Shown: positions 1-10,031 of the stretch, in pieces
Layout of the letters: every line of letters begins with the position of its first letter
Position numbering within the stretch: the stretch's first letter is position 1
NCBI GenBank assembly: GCA_963701085.1
Contig: OY969561.1
Location: forward strand, 1,134,635 to 1,198,634
Source of the DNA: an uncultured bacterium
Lineage (GTDB): Bacteria; Babelota; Babeliae; Babelales; Vermiphilaceae
Direction of reading: 5' to 3'
DNA length: 64,000 bases
Program-made: the position numbers and the translations under genes
Notes under the pieces: generated by a model
The model's database searches: none
What the model saw: only the letters and a program-made list of their open reading frames with translations
What the model was told of the DNA's origin: nothing

Positions 1-2453
1 TGTCGCAGGCAGAGGCGAGCAAGCGTTTGCGGGAGTATGGCCCCAATGAAATACAAGAGACAACCGCAACATGGTTTGAAATTTTAAAAAATCAGCTCAA
101 AAATCCATTCATTCTTATTTTTATCGTTATTGCTGTTGCCTATTTTTTTACCGAGCAATATACCGAATGCATAATTTTGATCATTATTATGATGGTGAAT
201 ACGGTTATTGGCTTTTATCAAGAATATCAAAGTAGCAAGGCAATGGCGTTGCTCAAATCATATCTGCAAGCAACAATTATTGTTTATCGTGATGGCAAAG
301 ATGATCTTGTTGGCATTAATACATTAGTTCCCGGTGATAGTATTAAGCTTAATGCGGGTGATATTATTCCCGCAGATTGCCGCTTTATTGCAACGGATAA
401 TTGTGTTGCTGATGAAGCAATGCTTACTGGTGAATCATTACCAACAAAAAAAATGCACATGCTCGCCGATAAAAAAATAACAGCAGTATATGATGCATAC
501 ACCATCGGATTTGCAGGTACTGTTGTGGTTGATGGGAGTGCTACTGCCGTTGTGTTTGCAACCGGATTACATACAGAAATGGGTTCTATTGCTCAGTTAG
601 CAACGCACACAATAACCAAAAGTAATTTAGCAAAAGGCACCATGCGGCTTGCACAGATTGTTTTTGGCATGGTTGTCATCAGCCTTGTGCTTATTGTGAT
701 GGTTAACGTTATTTTTAAAACAGGACAACGTTCATTTTTTGATTTTTTGATTTTTGCAGGAGCGCTTGCAATTACGGCAGTTCCTTCAGCGCTTCCCATT
801 GTGATTACCTTTTGTTTGACCAATGGAGCAATGAGATTGCATAAGCATAAAATGATTGTAAAGCGATTGTCTTCTATTGAAGATCTTGGCAGTATTGAAG
901 TTTTTTGCACAGATAAAACAGGGACATTGACGGAAAATGTGTTGAGTGTAAAAGATGTTTATGCGGTGCATGAAGAACATACATTACTCTATGCAGCATT
1001 CACGTCGGATATGCTTTCCCGCACAAAGAAAATCATACCGAATGGTTTTGATCAAGCAATTGTGCAAGCGTTAACGGCAGAGCAAGTGCAATCATTGAAA
1101 GAGTACACTATTGTTAAAGAACTTCCCTTTACGTATGAACGTCACCGGAGTATTACGCTTGCTCAAAAAAATGATACGTATTGTTTGGTGACCAAAGGGT
1201 CTGCCGAATATATTATTCCTCTCTGTTCTTCTTTAACACAGCAAGATCTTGTTGCTGCTCATGCGTGGGTAAAAGATAATGAATTACAGGGCAACCGTGT
1301 ACTTGCGGTAGCAATAAAAAAAATAACCGGCGCGCAGCAGGTCACTGATGACATGATACATCAGTATGACACAACGTATGATACGCTGGGGTTAATTTCT
1401 TTTGCTGATCCACTTAAATCAACAGCGGAAACAGCGGTTAAAAAAGCACAAGCGCTCGGTGTGCAGATTAAAGTATTGAGTGGTGATAGTGTGTACGTAT
1501 GTTTTACGATTGCGCAGCAGTTGGGATTGGAGCACAGTATTGATAATGTTGTACTGGGCACGGATTTTGAAAAAGCGACCGAAGAACAGAAAATGTTTCT
1601 TGTGTGCAATCGTACTATTTTTGCACGCGTAACGCCGGAACAAAAGTATCAAATTATTTCATATCTTCAACGCACCTATTCCGTTGGTTACATGGGTGAT
1701 GGGATTAATGATGCACCAGCACTGAAAATTGCTCAGGTTGGTATTGCGGTCAATACTGCAGCTGGAGTTGCACGTGAGGCAGCAGAAATTATCATGCTAC
1801 AAAAAAGTTTATTGAATATTTTACTGGGGATAGAAGAGGGTAGAAAAATAATTATTAACACGCTTAAGTATATAAAAATAACTATCGCGTGTAACATAGC
1901 GCTGTTTTATGCACTCGTGTTTTCATCATTATTTATTAATTATTTACCGATGTTGCCATTACAGCTTTTGTTTTTAGATCTTATTACTGACTTTCCGTTA
2001 ATTGCCATCTCCACTGATGCGGTAAGTAAACATGAGCTGCAAAAGCCTTTGCATTATTCTATGAAAGAGATTGGTTTTGTCACATTTCTTTTTGGCTTTG
2101 TGCGTTTGCCATTCGATTTTTTAATTTTTGTTCTTTTTAAATCTAACCCTGTGTTATTACAAACGAGTTGGTTTCTTGCAAGTTCATTGTTCCAGTTTGT
2201 GCTGATATTTTCATTGCGGACAAAAATACCGTTTTGGCGAGCACCGCGTCCCTCATGGATGTTAGTGGGATTATGTTGCCTTGCTACAGCTATTGTATTG
2301 ATTTTGCCATTTATTACTTTTGGGCAAACCATTTTCTCTTTTGTGCAGCCAAGTATGGGTGATATGAGGAAAATAGCTCTTATTATTGCTGCTTATTTTA
2401 TAACGACTGAGACAGTAAAAATACTGTATTATCGTAGTCAAAATAATAAATAA
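1..2453 (+). CDS. P-type cation-transporting ATPase, MgtA-like (5' end lies before the window)
   Basis: TGES, DKTGTLT phosphorylation motif and MGDGINDAPAL; frame is open back to the window edge (SQAEASKRLREYGPN). Confidence 0.85.
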   Translation, partial: SQAEASKRLREYGPNEIQETTATWFEILKNQLKNPFILIFIVIAVAYFFTEQYTECIILIIIMMVNTVIGFYQEYQSSKAMALLKSYLQATIIVYRDGKDDLVGINTLVPGDSIKLNAGDIIPADCRFIATDNCVADEAMLTGESLPTKKMHMLADKKITAVYDAYTIGFAGTVVVDGSATAVVFATGLHTEMGSIAQLATHTITKSNLAKGTMRLAQIVFGMVVISLVLIVMVNVIFKTGQRSFFDFLIFAGALAITAVPSALPIVITFCLTNGAMRLHKHKMIVKRLSSIEDLGSIEVFCTDKTGTLTENVLSVKDVYAVHEEHTLLYAAFTSDMLSRTKKIIPNGFDQAIVQALTAEQVQSLKEYTIVKELPFTYERHRSITLAQKNDTYCLVTKGSAEYIIPLCSSLTQQDLVAAHAWVKDNELQGNRVLAVAIKKITGAQQVTDDMIHQYDTTYDTLGLISFADPLKSTAETAVKKAQALGVQIKVLSGDSVYVCFTIAQQLGLEHSIDNVVLGTDFEKATEEQKMFLVCNRTIFARVTPEQKYQIISYLQRTYSVGYMGDGINDAPALKIAQVGIAVNTAAGVAREAAEIIMLQKSLLNILLGIEEGRKIIINTLKYIKITIACNIALFYALVFSSLFINYLPMLPLQLLFLDLITDFPLIAISTDAVSKHELQKPLHYSMKEIGFVTFLFGFVRLPFDFLIFVLFKSNPVLLQTSWFLASSLFQFVLIFSLRTKIPFWRAPRPSWMLVGLCCLATAIVLILPFITFGQTIFSFVQPSMGDMRKIALIIAAYFITTETVKILYYRSQNNK

Positions 2454-2501
2454 TGTATGTTTTAAAAGGTGGTGTTAAAAAAATGAACCACTTTTTATTT
2501 A

Positions 2502-4976
2502 TTATAATTCTTTATTCATTACTTGTTGCGTATCAGTGACGCGCGCAAGCGTATGTTCTTCAAATCCTAGCGTAATGAGTGTATCAATAAAATCCATTGG
2601 TTTAAGTCCAATTTCAGCTGCTTGGTGGAATAAGCATGTTGCTGGTGTGAGTCCGGGTAATGTGTTATTTTCAAGAATAACAACGCGTTCTTTTTTTGTT
2701 GGGCTTTGCGTGGCTGTTTTGGTAAAAACAGTCAATGCGTGAATATCCTTTGCATTGTAGTGTTGTAAAAGCGCGTTCCATAATGCGTTGTACAAACTCG
2801 AGTGTTGCGTGTGGTAGTGGTGCGGGTGTTTGATTTTCCCCAGCACCGGGTAAGAATTTTTCTTCAATAGAAAGTATTCCTGCAGCAGAAACCGCCTGGC
2901 TTGGTGGTAATGCACGCGGATGTTCATTACCAATAACTCCCACGGTGAGTTCCATGCCGGTAATACATTCTTCTATTAATACACAATCTTTTTCTTGTAA
3001 AACTTTATTAATTGCGACAATTAATTCTTCATCATTGGTTACTTTTTGCACCATTACGCTGCAGCCATCATCATGTGGTTTAACTATGAGTGGGTATGCA
3101 AGACTATCTTTTTCTTTATCCGCACTCTTCGATACATTTTTGCAAGCAAAAACACTCAGGGCGAGCGGGAGGGGCAGAGTATTTTCTTTCTGTGAAGTTT
3201 TTTCTCCCCGCTCGCCCTGAGTGTTCTTCGTAGCTTCAGCGGAGAAGAATGTATCGAAGGGTGCAACCCACGTATTTTTCATAATCAAAATATTCTTTGG
3301 AACATCAAAGCCATGCGCAGCAAGTAGTTGGTTTGCTTTATACTTATTCATACACAACGCGCTTGCAAGCACCGATGATCCGTTATACGGCAAGCCAAGC
3401 ATTTCTAGTGTGCCTTGTACTGAACCGTTTTCACCTTCACCTCCATGCAGCGCAATAAATACAAAATCAGCAATAGATGATAAATCACCCCATTTAATTT
3501 TTTGTGATGGTTGCAACAGTTCAACAATTTCTTTAGTAGAATTACGCACGAGTTGTGATTGCGTTAAAATGTAGAGCTCTAAACTATCGCTGACAAAAAC
3601 AGGAATTGGTTCGTATTTGTGGGGAGATAGTTTATAAAATACGTTGCGGCCAGAATCGAGTGATGTTTCTTTTTCATTTGATTTGCCGCCGAGTAGTATT
3701 GCAACACGATTTTTTTGTGTATTCATAGTTGGAGATTCCAGTTTTTCTTGAGTAATAATCGTTTCCAGCATGTTGTATTGTTGGAGTTCTGTTTCAATAA
3801 TATGGTTAATAAGTTGCGCAGGGCTCATATTAATTTCTGCTGCTTGATTAAAAATATAACTTGATGGTGCCATGCCAGAGAAGGTGTTAGGATCGATAAT
3901 AACAACAGTGCCATCGTTGGTTACAAATCCATCGATACGTCCCATATTGCTCAGCTCTAATGCATGCATTACGTTAATACATGTTTGTTGAATACGTGCA
4001 GTAGTTTTAGCGCTACAGCGAGCAGGTGTACGTTTTACACCACGGCCAGGCATGTATTTTTGTTCGTAATCAAAAAAGCCTATTTCAGTGTGCGCAATGC
4101 TTTCTGTGGGAGGTAATGCAAAAAATTCACCTGTCCTGTGATCTGTTAATACAATGCAGGTAAATTCCATTCCAACAATTTTTTCTTCGATAAGTACGCG
4201 CTTTTTTTTGTTAGGATCTATACAGCACGCTTTTTTGAGTGCCTGTTCAAGAGTGCTGCTGTTTGCGATAGAAATACCAAGGCTGGAGCCTTCATTATAA
4301 GGTTTAACAACAAAATGATCAGCATTGTAGCGTGCATCGTTTTTATTCTTTAGCGCTCGTCCTGAACTTGTTGAAGGATTTTCTTCGAGCGCTCGAGGAT
4401 ATCCTTCAACAAGTTCAGGACGAGCGCCGGAACATAAAGATTGGGCAGAATTATTGCATTCTGGATAATGCCCGCATTAATAAGTCGGTCAAAAATATTG
4501 TTTTTGTAGTGCTCAAAATTATCAACTTCATATGGTTCAACGGCGATAAAGCGTGGTGTTGCAATGCCCGCATTATTGAGGAATGTTTTGAGTACAATTT
4601 TATCATTGCGTAATGCACTTGCAAGAACTCCTGAACCAAGATAGGGAATGCCAATAATTTCTAAAAAACCTTGCAATATACCATCTTCAGCGTAACGGCC
4701 ATGTTGTGCAATGTAGATAAAATCAACATGATTTTTAAGATCATCCCATGCAATAAGTTCTGCTTCATGAGTAAGGCGATGTTCAAAATCAGTTGTTTTT
4801 CCACGATGTAAAAAATGCCAAGGAAGTATGTATATTTTTGCATCACTTTGAAATAGTGGAATAACTGAATAGCGTGATGTATCAACATAATCACAGATTG
4901 TTCTGCCGGAGTTAAAAGAAACTTCTTTTTCAAGGGATTTGCCGCCCATAAGGACGCCAACGCGTAGTTTTTGCAT
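2502..4976 (-). CDS. ddl: Tandem two-domain D-alanine--D-alanine ligase, split by two frameshifts (~4350-4480 and ~2725)
   Basis: Two GGKSxEKExSxxSG starts, HGxxxEDG/ENG, (V/I)VKPxxxGxS, RIDxF and NTxPG motifs across ORFs 4350..4976, 2671..4170 (frame open upstream through HFVVKPYNEGSS) and 2502..2933. Confidence 0.85.
3122..3264. repeat. Bipartite palindromic element (A2 type), in frame inside Ddl domain 2
   Basis: Arms CTTCGATACA...CACTCAGGGCGAGCGG and CCGCTCGCCCTGAGTG...TGTATCGAAGG; encodes APFDTFF...NVSKSA. Confidence 0.9.
4353..4427. repeat. 75-bp palindromic element (A1 type) inside Ddl domain 1
   Basis: GCGCTCGTCCTGAACTTGTTGAAGGAT...ATCCTTCAACAAGTTCAGGACGAGCGC with a central CGAGCGCTCG palindrome. 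Confidence 0.95.
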
Positions 4977-5172
4977 ATGCTTGTAGCCTTATAATTTTTA
5001 ATTCTAAATTATTCTCTCTTAATTCAGTATTGTAGTTCACGTTCTATACAAATATCAAACTGCGTTATTATTCTACTGGTTTGCGTGATGCTGGTAAAGG
5101 AATAATCTGATTGTTGGCAACCGGATGGGTTGTGGTATGCTGGGTAATGGAAGGAAATTTTTTTGTAGGGGA

Positions 5173-5730
5173 ATGGTTGTGGCAAAAAATGATGTTTTAG
5201 GAAATTTGGTTTGGCTTGATCTTGAAATGACCGGATTAGTTATAGCAACGGATGTTATTTTAGAAATAGCAACCGTGATCACTGATGGTAATCTTAACGT
5301 GATTGCAGAAGGCCCTTCTTTTATTATTCATCAACCAGAAGAACAATTAGCTGCTATGGGTAAGTGGTGCCAAGATCATCATGGCAAAACAGGATTAACG
5401 GAAGCAGTGCGTCAATCAACAGTAACATTGCAGCGAGCCCAAGAAGAAACATTTGATTTCATTGCGCAGCATTGTGCTCCAAATACGGGAGTTCTTGCAG
5501 GTAATTCTGTGTGGCAGGATCGTGTTTTTTTGGATAAGTATATGCCAAGTATTAGTTCATATTTGCATTACCGTATTATTGATGTGACGAGTGTTAAAGA
5601 GATAGTGCGACGTTGGTATCCTGAAGATAAAAAAACGGAATATCAAAAATCAGATAGGCATCGCGCGTTGAGTGATGTGTATGAATCAATTGCTGAACTT
5701 AAACATTTTCGTATAAATTTTTTTAGATAA
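5173..5730 (+). CDS. orn: Oligoribonuclease
   Basis: LVWLDLEMTGL, LAGNSVWQDR, IIDVTSVKE, HRALSDVYESIAELKHF (DEDDh); start taken at the ATG after the GGGG RBS. Confidence 0.93.
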   Translation: MVVAKNDVLGNLVWLDLEMTGLVIATDVILEIATVITDGNLNVIAEGPSFIIHQPEEQLAAMGKWCQDHHGKTGLTEAVRQSTVTLQRAQEETFDFIAQHCAPNTGVLAGNSVWQDRVFLDKYMPSISSYLHYRIIDVTSVKEIVRRWYPEDKKTEYQKSDRHRALSDVYESIAELKHFRINFFR

Positions 5731-5747
5731 ATTTTTTGTATTAAAAA

Positions 5748-6385
5748 TAAGATAAAGAATTAATCCCCAACTTAGACCGTTGGGGACCCAACCTTCACTT
5801 CGTTACGGTTTTTTTTTCGCAAAGGGGTTTTGCAACCCCTCTGCACTCGTGCACAAACGTTCCCTTTGATCCCTTAGACCATTTCGAATTCAGGCCACAG
5901 TCTGTTCGCAAAACTTCACAGCCTAAACCATCATGCGAAATGTGTAGGTACTTATTTTTAAATAAGAATCTATCCCTAAAGTCGAAAAATATTAAATTTC
6001 CTTCCCGCGCTCGCCCTGAACTTGTTGAAGGGTTTCTTTGAGCGCTCGGAGATATCCTTCGACAGGCTCAGGACGAGCGCTGGAGTAAGATTTCAAAAAT
6101 TGAGAATTTTTAAAGTTAATGATCGTAAGTACAACGAGGGTTACCAGCGAGTTTCTGGCATTTTTCTTAAAATGACATGGGGCTCGGTCGCCATCCAGCC
6201 GTCGCGGGATCAGGAGCAGGCTGGATCAGCGACCTTGCTTTTAACCCGTTAAGGAATCCAAGGGAACTATTGGTGCACGAGTGCAGAGGGGTTGCAAAAC
6301 CCCTTTGCGTAAATTCACTTGAGCAAAGCGAAAGTAGGGTCCCCAACGGTCTAAGTTGGGGTCTTTGTTTTAATCTTAAATCTTA
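5748..6385. mobile_element. Non-autonomous composite inverted-repeat (MITE-like) element, copy 1
   Basis: Long imperfect terminal IRs (CCCCAACTTAGACCGTTGGGGACCC...GTGCAC / GTGCAC...GGGTCCCCAACGGTCTAAGTTGGGG); internal modules shared with 29223-30009; lies between convergent orn and priA; no real ORF. Confidence 0.8.
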
Positions 6386-8443
6386 CGCAAGTGGGTTCGG
6401 CGTAAAATAAATTGAACTCGAGTAATTTTTTCTATTAATCTGCTGACACAATCGCGCAATATCAGCAAACTTTTCTGCTTTAATATAAATCTTGCGGCTG
6501 TGTATTGATTTTATTTTTGATACGGGAGGTTTGGCAGGGCCAAGAATTGTTACTGATAATGTATTATTTTTTGTATACGCGTATAAATGTTCAATAAGAT
6601 GATGTGTATCTTGTTCAAGCCGTTTTTCATTTGAGTGTTTTAATTCCAATTCTGCAAAACGCATTGCTGGTGGATAATGTAATTCAGTGCGTATTTCCAT
6701 TTCTGAATGGTAAAATTTTAAATAATCAATTTCATTTAAATGCTTAAATAACTCATGGTCAGCCATAGCCTGAATAATCACCATACTTTGTTCATGATTT
6801 CTTCCCGCACGCCCGGAGACTTGAATAAGTTGTTGCAGCGCAGTTTCGGCAGCATTATAAACGGGGAAACCCAAATGCAAATCTGCCCATAATACACCAA
6901 CCAGTGTAACATGCGGAAAATGAAATCCTTTGGTAATTGTTTGTGTGCCAACCAAGATATCTATTTTATTCTCTGTCATATCAGCAATGGTTTGTTGCCA
7001 AACTTTTTTCTTTGTGGTGGTATCCAGATCAGCGCGAGCAATAGTTGCCTGTGGGAACATTTTTTGTAAAATAGTGACTACGCGTTGCGTGCCAATTCCT
7101 TTTTTTAAAAAATCATCAGCGCTCGTTTTACAACTCGGGCACGTGGATGGCAGCATGTGTGCCATGCCACAATAATGGCACACAAGACGATTATCTTCAT
7201 GTAATGTTAAACTGACTGAGCAATTATTACACGTAAAAATATAAGTGCAGTTTTTGCATTGCACAAAAAAACTAAAACCACGCCGATTGATAAAAATAAT
7301 GGTTTGTTCATGCTTTGCTAATCGGTTTTTTATTGCAGTCTCAAGCTCTTTACTTACCCAAAACTGCTTTCTATTTTTATTCTCTGTTAAAGAAACAACC
7401 TGCACGGTTGGCAATGTTCCAGAGAATCTTTTTTTGAGTTGGAAAAAAGCCCATTTTTTTGTTTTAACATTATACAGCGTGCTGATTGATGGTGTTGCAG
7501 ATCCGAGCACAATAGGAATGCCTGCTTCTTGTGCACGCATGATAGCAGCTTCTTTGCTGTTAATTTTTGGATGTTTTTTTTCTTGATAGCCAACTTCATG
7601 TTCTTCATCAACAACAATTACGCCAAGGTTGGGAATGGGTAATAATACTGGTAGATGCACACCAATTAAAATCATTGCAGTTTTATTGTTGAGATTGTTC
7701 CATACCGCATTTTTTTCTTTGGGTGTTTTACCTGAATGAAATCCGTAAATAGGCATATCAGGTAATTCTTGCTTCAGGCGATTTTCAAAGGCAATGGCAA
7801 GCGTCACTTCCGGCAGTAATAGTAAACTGGTTTTATTTTTGCTCAGTGCCTCAAGAAAAAGATGTTTATAGACTTCTGTTTTTCCTGATCCGGTTACGCC
7901 ATGCAGGAGTACTGGCAAATAAACATTGTTACCGATGTTTGGTGTAATAAAATCACATACAGTACTTTGCTCGTTTGTAAGAGTTACTTTTTTTTGCCTG
8001 TCCTTCGAAGCTTTAGCGTAGTAGGATTCGTCGGTGAGGGTGACGGTGCTTTGTTTTGAATGGATTATTTCCTCATCCCCGCTCATCCTGAGTGTTTTTG
8101 TCTTCAAAAATGTATCGAAGGACTCTTTTTTATTGATTAAAAACTGGTGAATTCTTTTAATAAAATGAAGCGGCTCAATTTGGTAATAATCGCCCAATTT
8201 TTTTAAAAAGCTGAGATAATGCTCATCGGCAGGCAGTGGTTCAAGACCATGAATGTCTTTGATTTCAAAGGTAAGATTGTGTGGTTTTAGTGCATGCTCA
8301 TCCAAAACAAGTGCGGGGATAATACGATTACGCACCGGTACCTGTACAATGAGGCCGGATAAAGGACCGTAGTTGCAGTTTGTTGGTACTGAGTACCAGA
8401 GGGGCTCGGGTAATCCATTTAAAAGTCTGACGCGAATAAACAT
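6383..8443 (-). CDS. priA: Primosomal protein N' (replication restart helicase)
   Basis: LLHGVTGSGKTEVY, DEEHE, GSATPS, NRRGF, four CxxC zinc motifs, QVSGRAGR. Confidence 0.97.
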   Translation of the reverse strand: MFIRVRLLNGLPEPLWYSVPTNCNYGPLSGLIVQVPVRNRIIPALVLDEHALKPHNLTFEIKDIHGLEPLPADEHYLSFLKKLGDYYQIEPLHFIKRIHQFLINKKESFDTFLKTKTLRMSGDEEIIHSKQSTVTLTDESYYAKASKDRQKKVTLTNEQSTVCDFITPNIGNNVYLPVLLHGVTGSGKTEVYKHLFLEALSKNKTSLLLLPEVTLAIAFENRLKQELPDMPIYGFHSGKTPKEKNAVWNNLNNKTAMILIGVHLPVLLPIPNLGVIVVDEEHEVGYQEKKHPKINSKEAAIMRAQEAGIPIVLGSATPSISTLYNVKTKKWAFFQLKKRFSGTLPTVQVVSLTENKNRKQFWVSKELETAIKNRLAKHEQTIIFINRRGFSFFVQCKNCTYIFTCNNCSVSLTLHEDNRLVCHYCGMAHMLPSTCPSCKTSADDFLKKGIGTQRVVTILQKMFPQATIARADLDTTTKKKVWQQTIADMTENKIDILVGTQTITKGFHFPHVTLVGVLWADLHLGFPVYNAAETALQQLIQVSGRAGRNHEQSMVIIQAMADHELFKHLNEIDYLKFYHSEMEIRTELHYPPAMRFAELELKHSNEKRLEQDTHHLIEHLYAYTKNNTLSVTILGPAKPPVSKIKSIHSRKIYIKAEKFADIARLCQQINRKNYSSSIYFTPNPLA
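7997..8026. repeat. 30-bp hairpin repeat (B type), in frame in priA
   Basis: CCTGTCCTTCGAAGCTTTAGCGTAGTAGGA; encodes SYYAKASKDR on the minus strand. Confidence 0.9.
8079..8122. repeat. A2-type half element, in frame in priA
   Basis: CCGCTCATCCTGAGTGTTTTTGTCTTCAAAAATGTATCGAAGGA; encodes SFDTFLKTKTLRMSG; near-identical inverted copy at ~29515-29557. Confidence 0.9.
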
Positions 8444-8492
8444 AATTTAAGAATATAGAAAAATGGTTTTTTTTGTAAGAGAAATAAATCCT

Positions 8493-9989
8493 CTAACAAT
8501 GATCATATTTAAGTGGTATTCCCTGATGCCAGGTAAATATATTTTTCGGATCATACTTATTTTTAATTTTAATAAGACGCTTGATGTGACTACCATAATA
8601 GGCATGCAAATAATCTGGACCTAAATCATAATCAACTAAATTTGCATAATCATAGGGTGAAGTATATGGTTCAAATTCCTTATAAAATTTTCGAATCAAA
8701 TGCAATGCTTCCTCTTGTTGGAATTCAAAAGGCCAATAAATAAATTGAAAAATATAGCCATAGGCCTTGCGTGGGTAAAATGAACTATTACCGTGCGCAA
8801 CGGCGCCACCGCTTTCTCCTCCAAATTCAAGAAAACATATATAAGGGTGTGCTTTTTTAATTAATTTGTTCATGAATTTAATCATCACATTAATACCATC
8901 TGATGATAGGGGAGAAAAAAGAAATTTAGATTTCACCTTAGAAAATGGTTGCGTGTAATTGGATGCAAAAATATCAGCTGCTCCTAAATAATTACCTCGA
9001 TACACGTTAACGGTTGGTTTAAATCGTGCAAATGTACTTTGCCACTCAGTAAAAGGAGTGGCGCCAACTTTAAGTGCGTTAATTTTTAAGGTGACCTGGC
9101 CGTTATCATAATAAAATACTAGTTCTGATGTAATAGATTGTGATTGTGCAGCAAACCAATGTTGCCATGCTTTAACAATTTGAGTTACTTGGCAAGGGTT
9201 CCATGGCCATGAAAGCTGCAGATAACTTACTGTTGGTATATAATACATGGTGAAAGTAAAACTTAAGACAATACCAAACGCATTAGCACCTGCGCCGCGT
9301 AATGCCCAAAACAGATCAGGATAGGTTGATTTGGTAACTTCAATAATTGTGCCATCAGCCATTAATACGGTCATACTGATAATTGAATCCGTGGTTAATC
9401 CATATTTACGTGCCAATAATCCAATGCCACCACCTAATGAAAGGCCGGTTATACCAACTGAGGGGCAGGTGCCTGTTGGAATTGCATAATTAATCTCTCC
9501 TAGCGTACTAATCACTTCACCTAGGTGGCATCCTGCGCCAATAGTCACGGTGTTATTGCCAATATTAGGAATAATCTCATTAAAATTACGCAGATCAATA
9601 ATATATCCCGATGATAGTGATCCCGGACCATAACAATGGCCTCCCGAACGTACGGAAAAGGGGAGATTATGTGCTGTCAGAACCTGAAAAGCATATTGTA
9701 TTTGCGCATATGTTTGGGGAATAATAATAGCGGCGGGAAATAGATTAAATCGTTTGTTGTAATTGAATCTATTGATATCATATGTGTCGCAATCGGGATA
9801 TATAACATAATCCAAATTTTGGAGTGCGGCAGGAATTGTGCTTAATAATGCGCACATGTTTTGATTGGGATAAAATTGCATGAGTGGATCATCCGTGCAT
9901 GTGTAGGTGGCACACACGTTTTCAGCATCTAATGAGTTGGTAGCACAACAGATACTGATAATGAGAAGTAGCATGAGTTTTAGATTCAT
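8493..9989 (-). CDS. Secreted FAD-linked oxidase, berberine-bridge-enzyme-like
   Basis: Signal peptide; RSGGHC, GTCPSVG, DLFWALRGAG; C-terminal YANL...LIKIKNKYDPKNIF. Confidence 0.9.
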   Translation of the reverse strand: MNLKLMLLLIISICCATNSLDAENVCATYTCTDDPLMQFYPNQNMCALLSTIPAALQNLDYVIYPDCDTYDINRFNYNKRFNLFPAAIIIPQTYAQIQYAFQVLTAHNLPFSVRSGGHCYGPGSLSSGYIIDLRNFNEIIPNIGNNTVTIGAGCHLGEVISTLGEINYAIPTGTCPSVGITGLSLGGGIGLLARKYGLTTDSIISMTVLMADGTIIEVTKSTYPDLFWALRGAGANAFGIVLSFTFTMYYIPTVSYLQLSWPWNPCQVTQIVKAWQHWFAAQSQSITSELVFYYDNGQVTLKINALKVGATPFTEWQSTFARFKPTVNVYRGNYLGAADIFASNYTQPFSKVKSKFLFSPLSSDGINVMIKFMNKLIKKAHPYICFLEFGGESGGAVAHGNSSFYPRKAYGYIFQFIYWPFEFQQEEALHLIRKFYKEFEPYTSPYDYANLVDYDLGPDYLHAYYGSHIKRLIKIKNKYDPKNIFTWHQGIPLKYDHC

Positions 9990-10031
9990 AGAGTACTTGT
10001 CCTAATGGTTATTTATTTTTAAATTTCCTCA

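Noticed and set aside
4350-4480. Programmed ribosomal frameshift in ddl driven by the A1 hairpin
   Set aside because: No clear slippery heptamer was seen before the hairpin, and many other indels in the window point to sequence error; reads are needed to exclude it.
6022-6410. ORFs inside the composite elements (also 29297..29842)
   Set aside because: They are translations of GC-rich palindromes with no RBS or transposase motifs; the shared 37-aa stretch simply reflects DNA identity of module Y.
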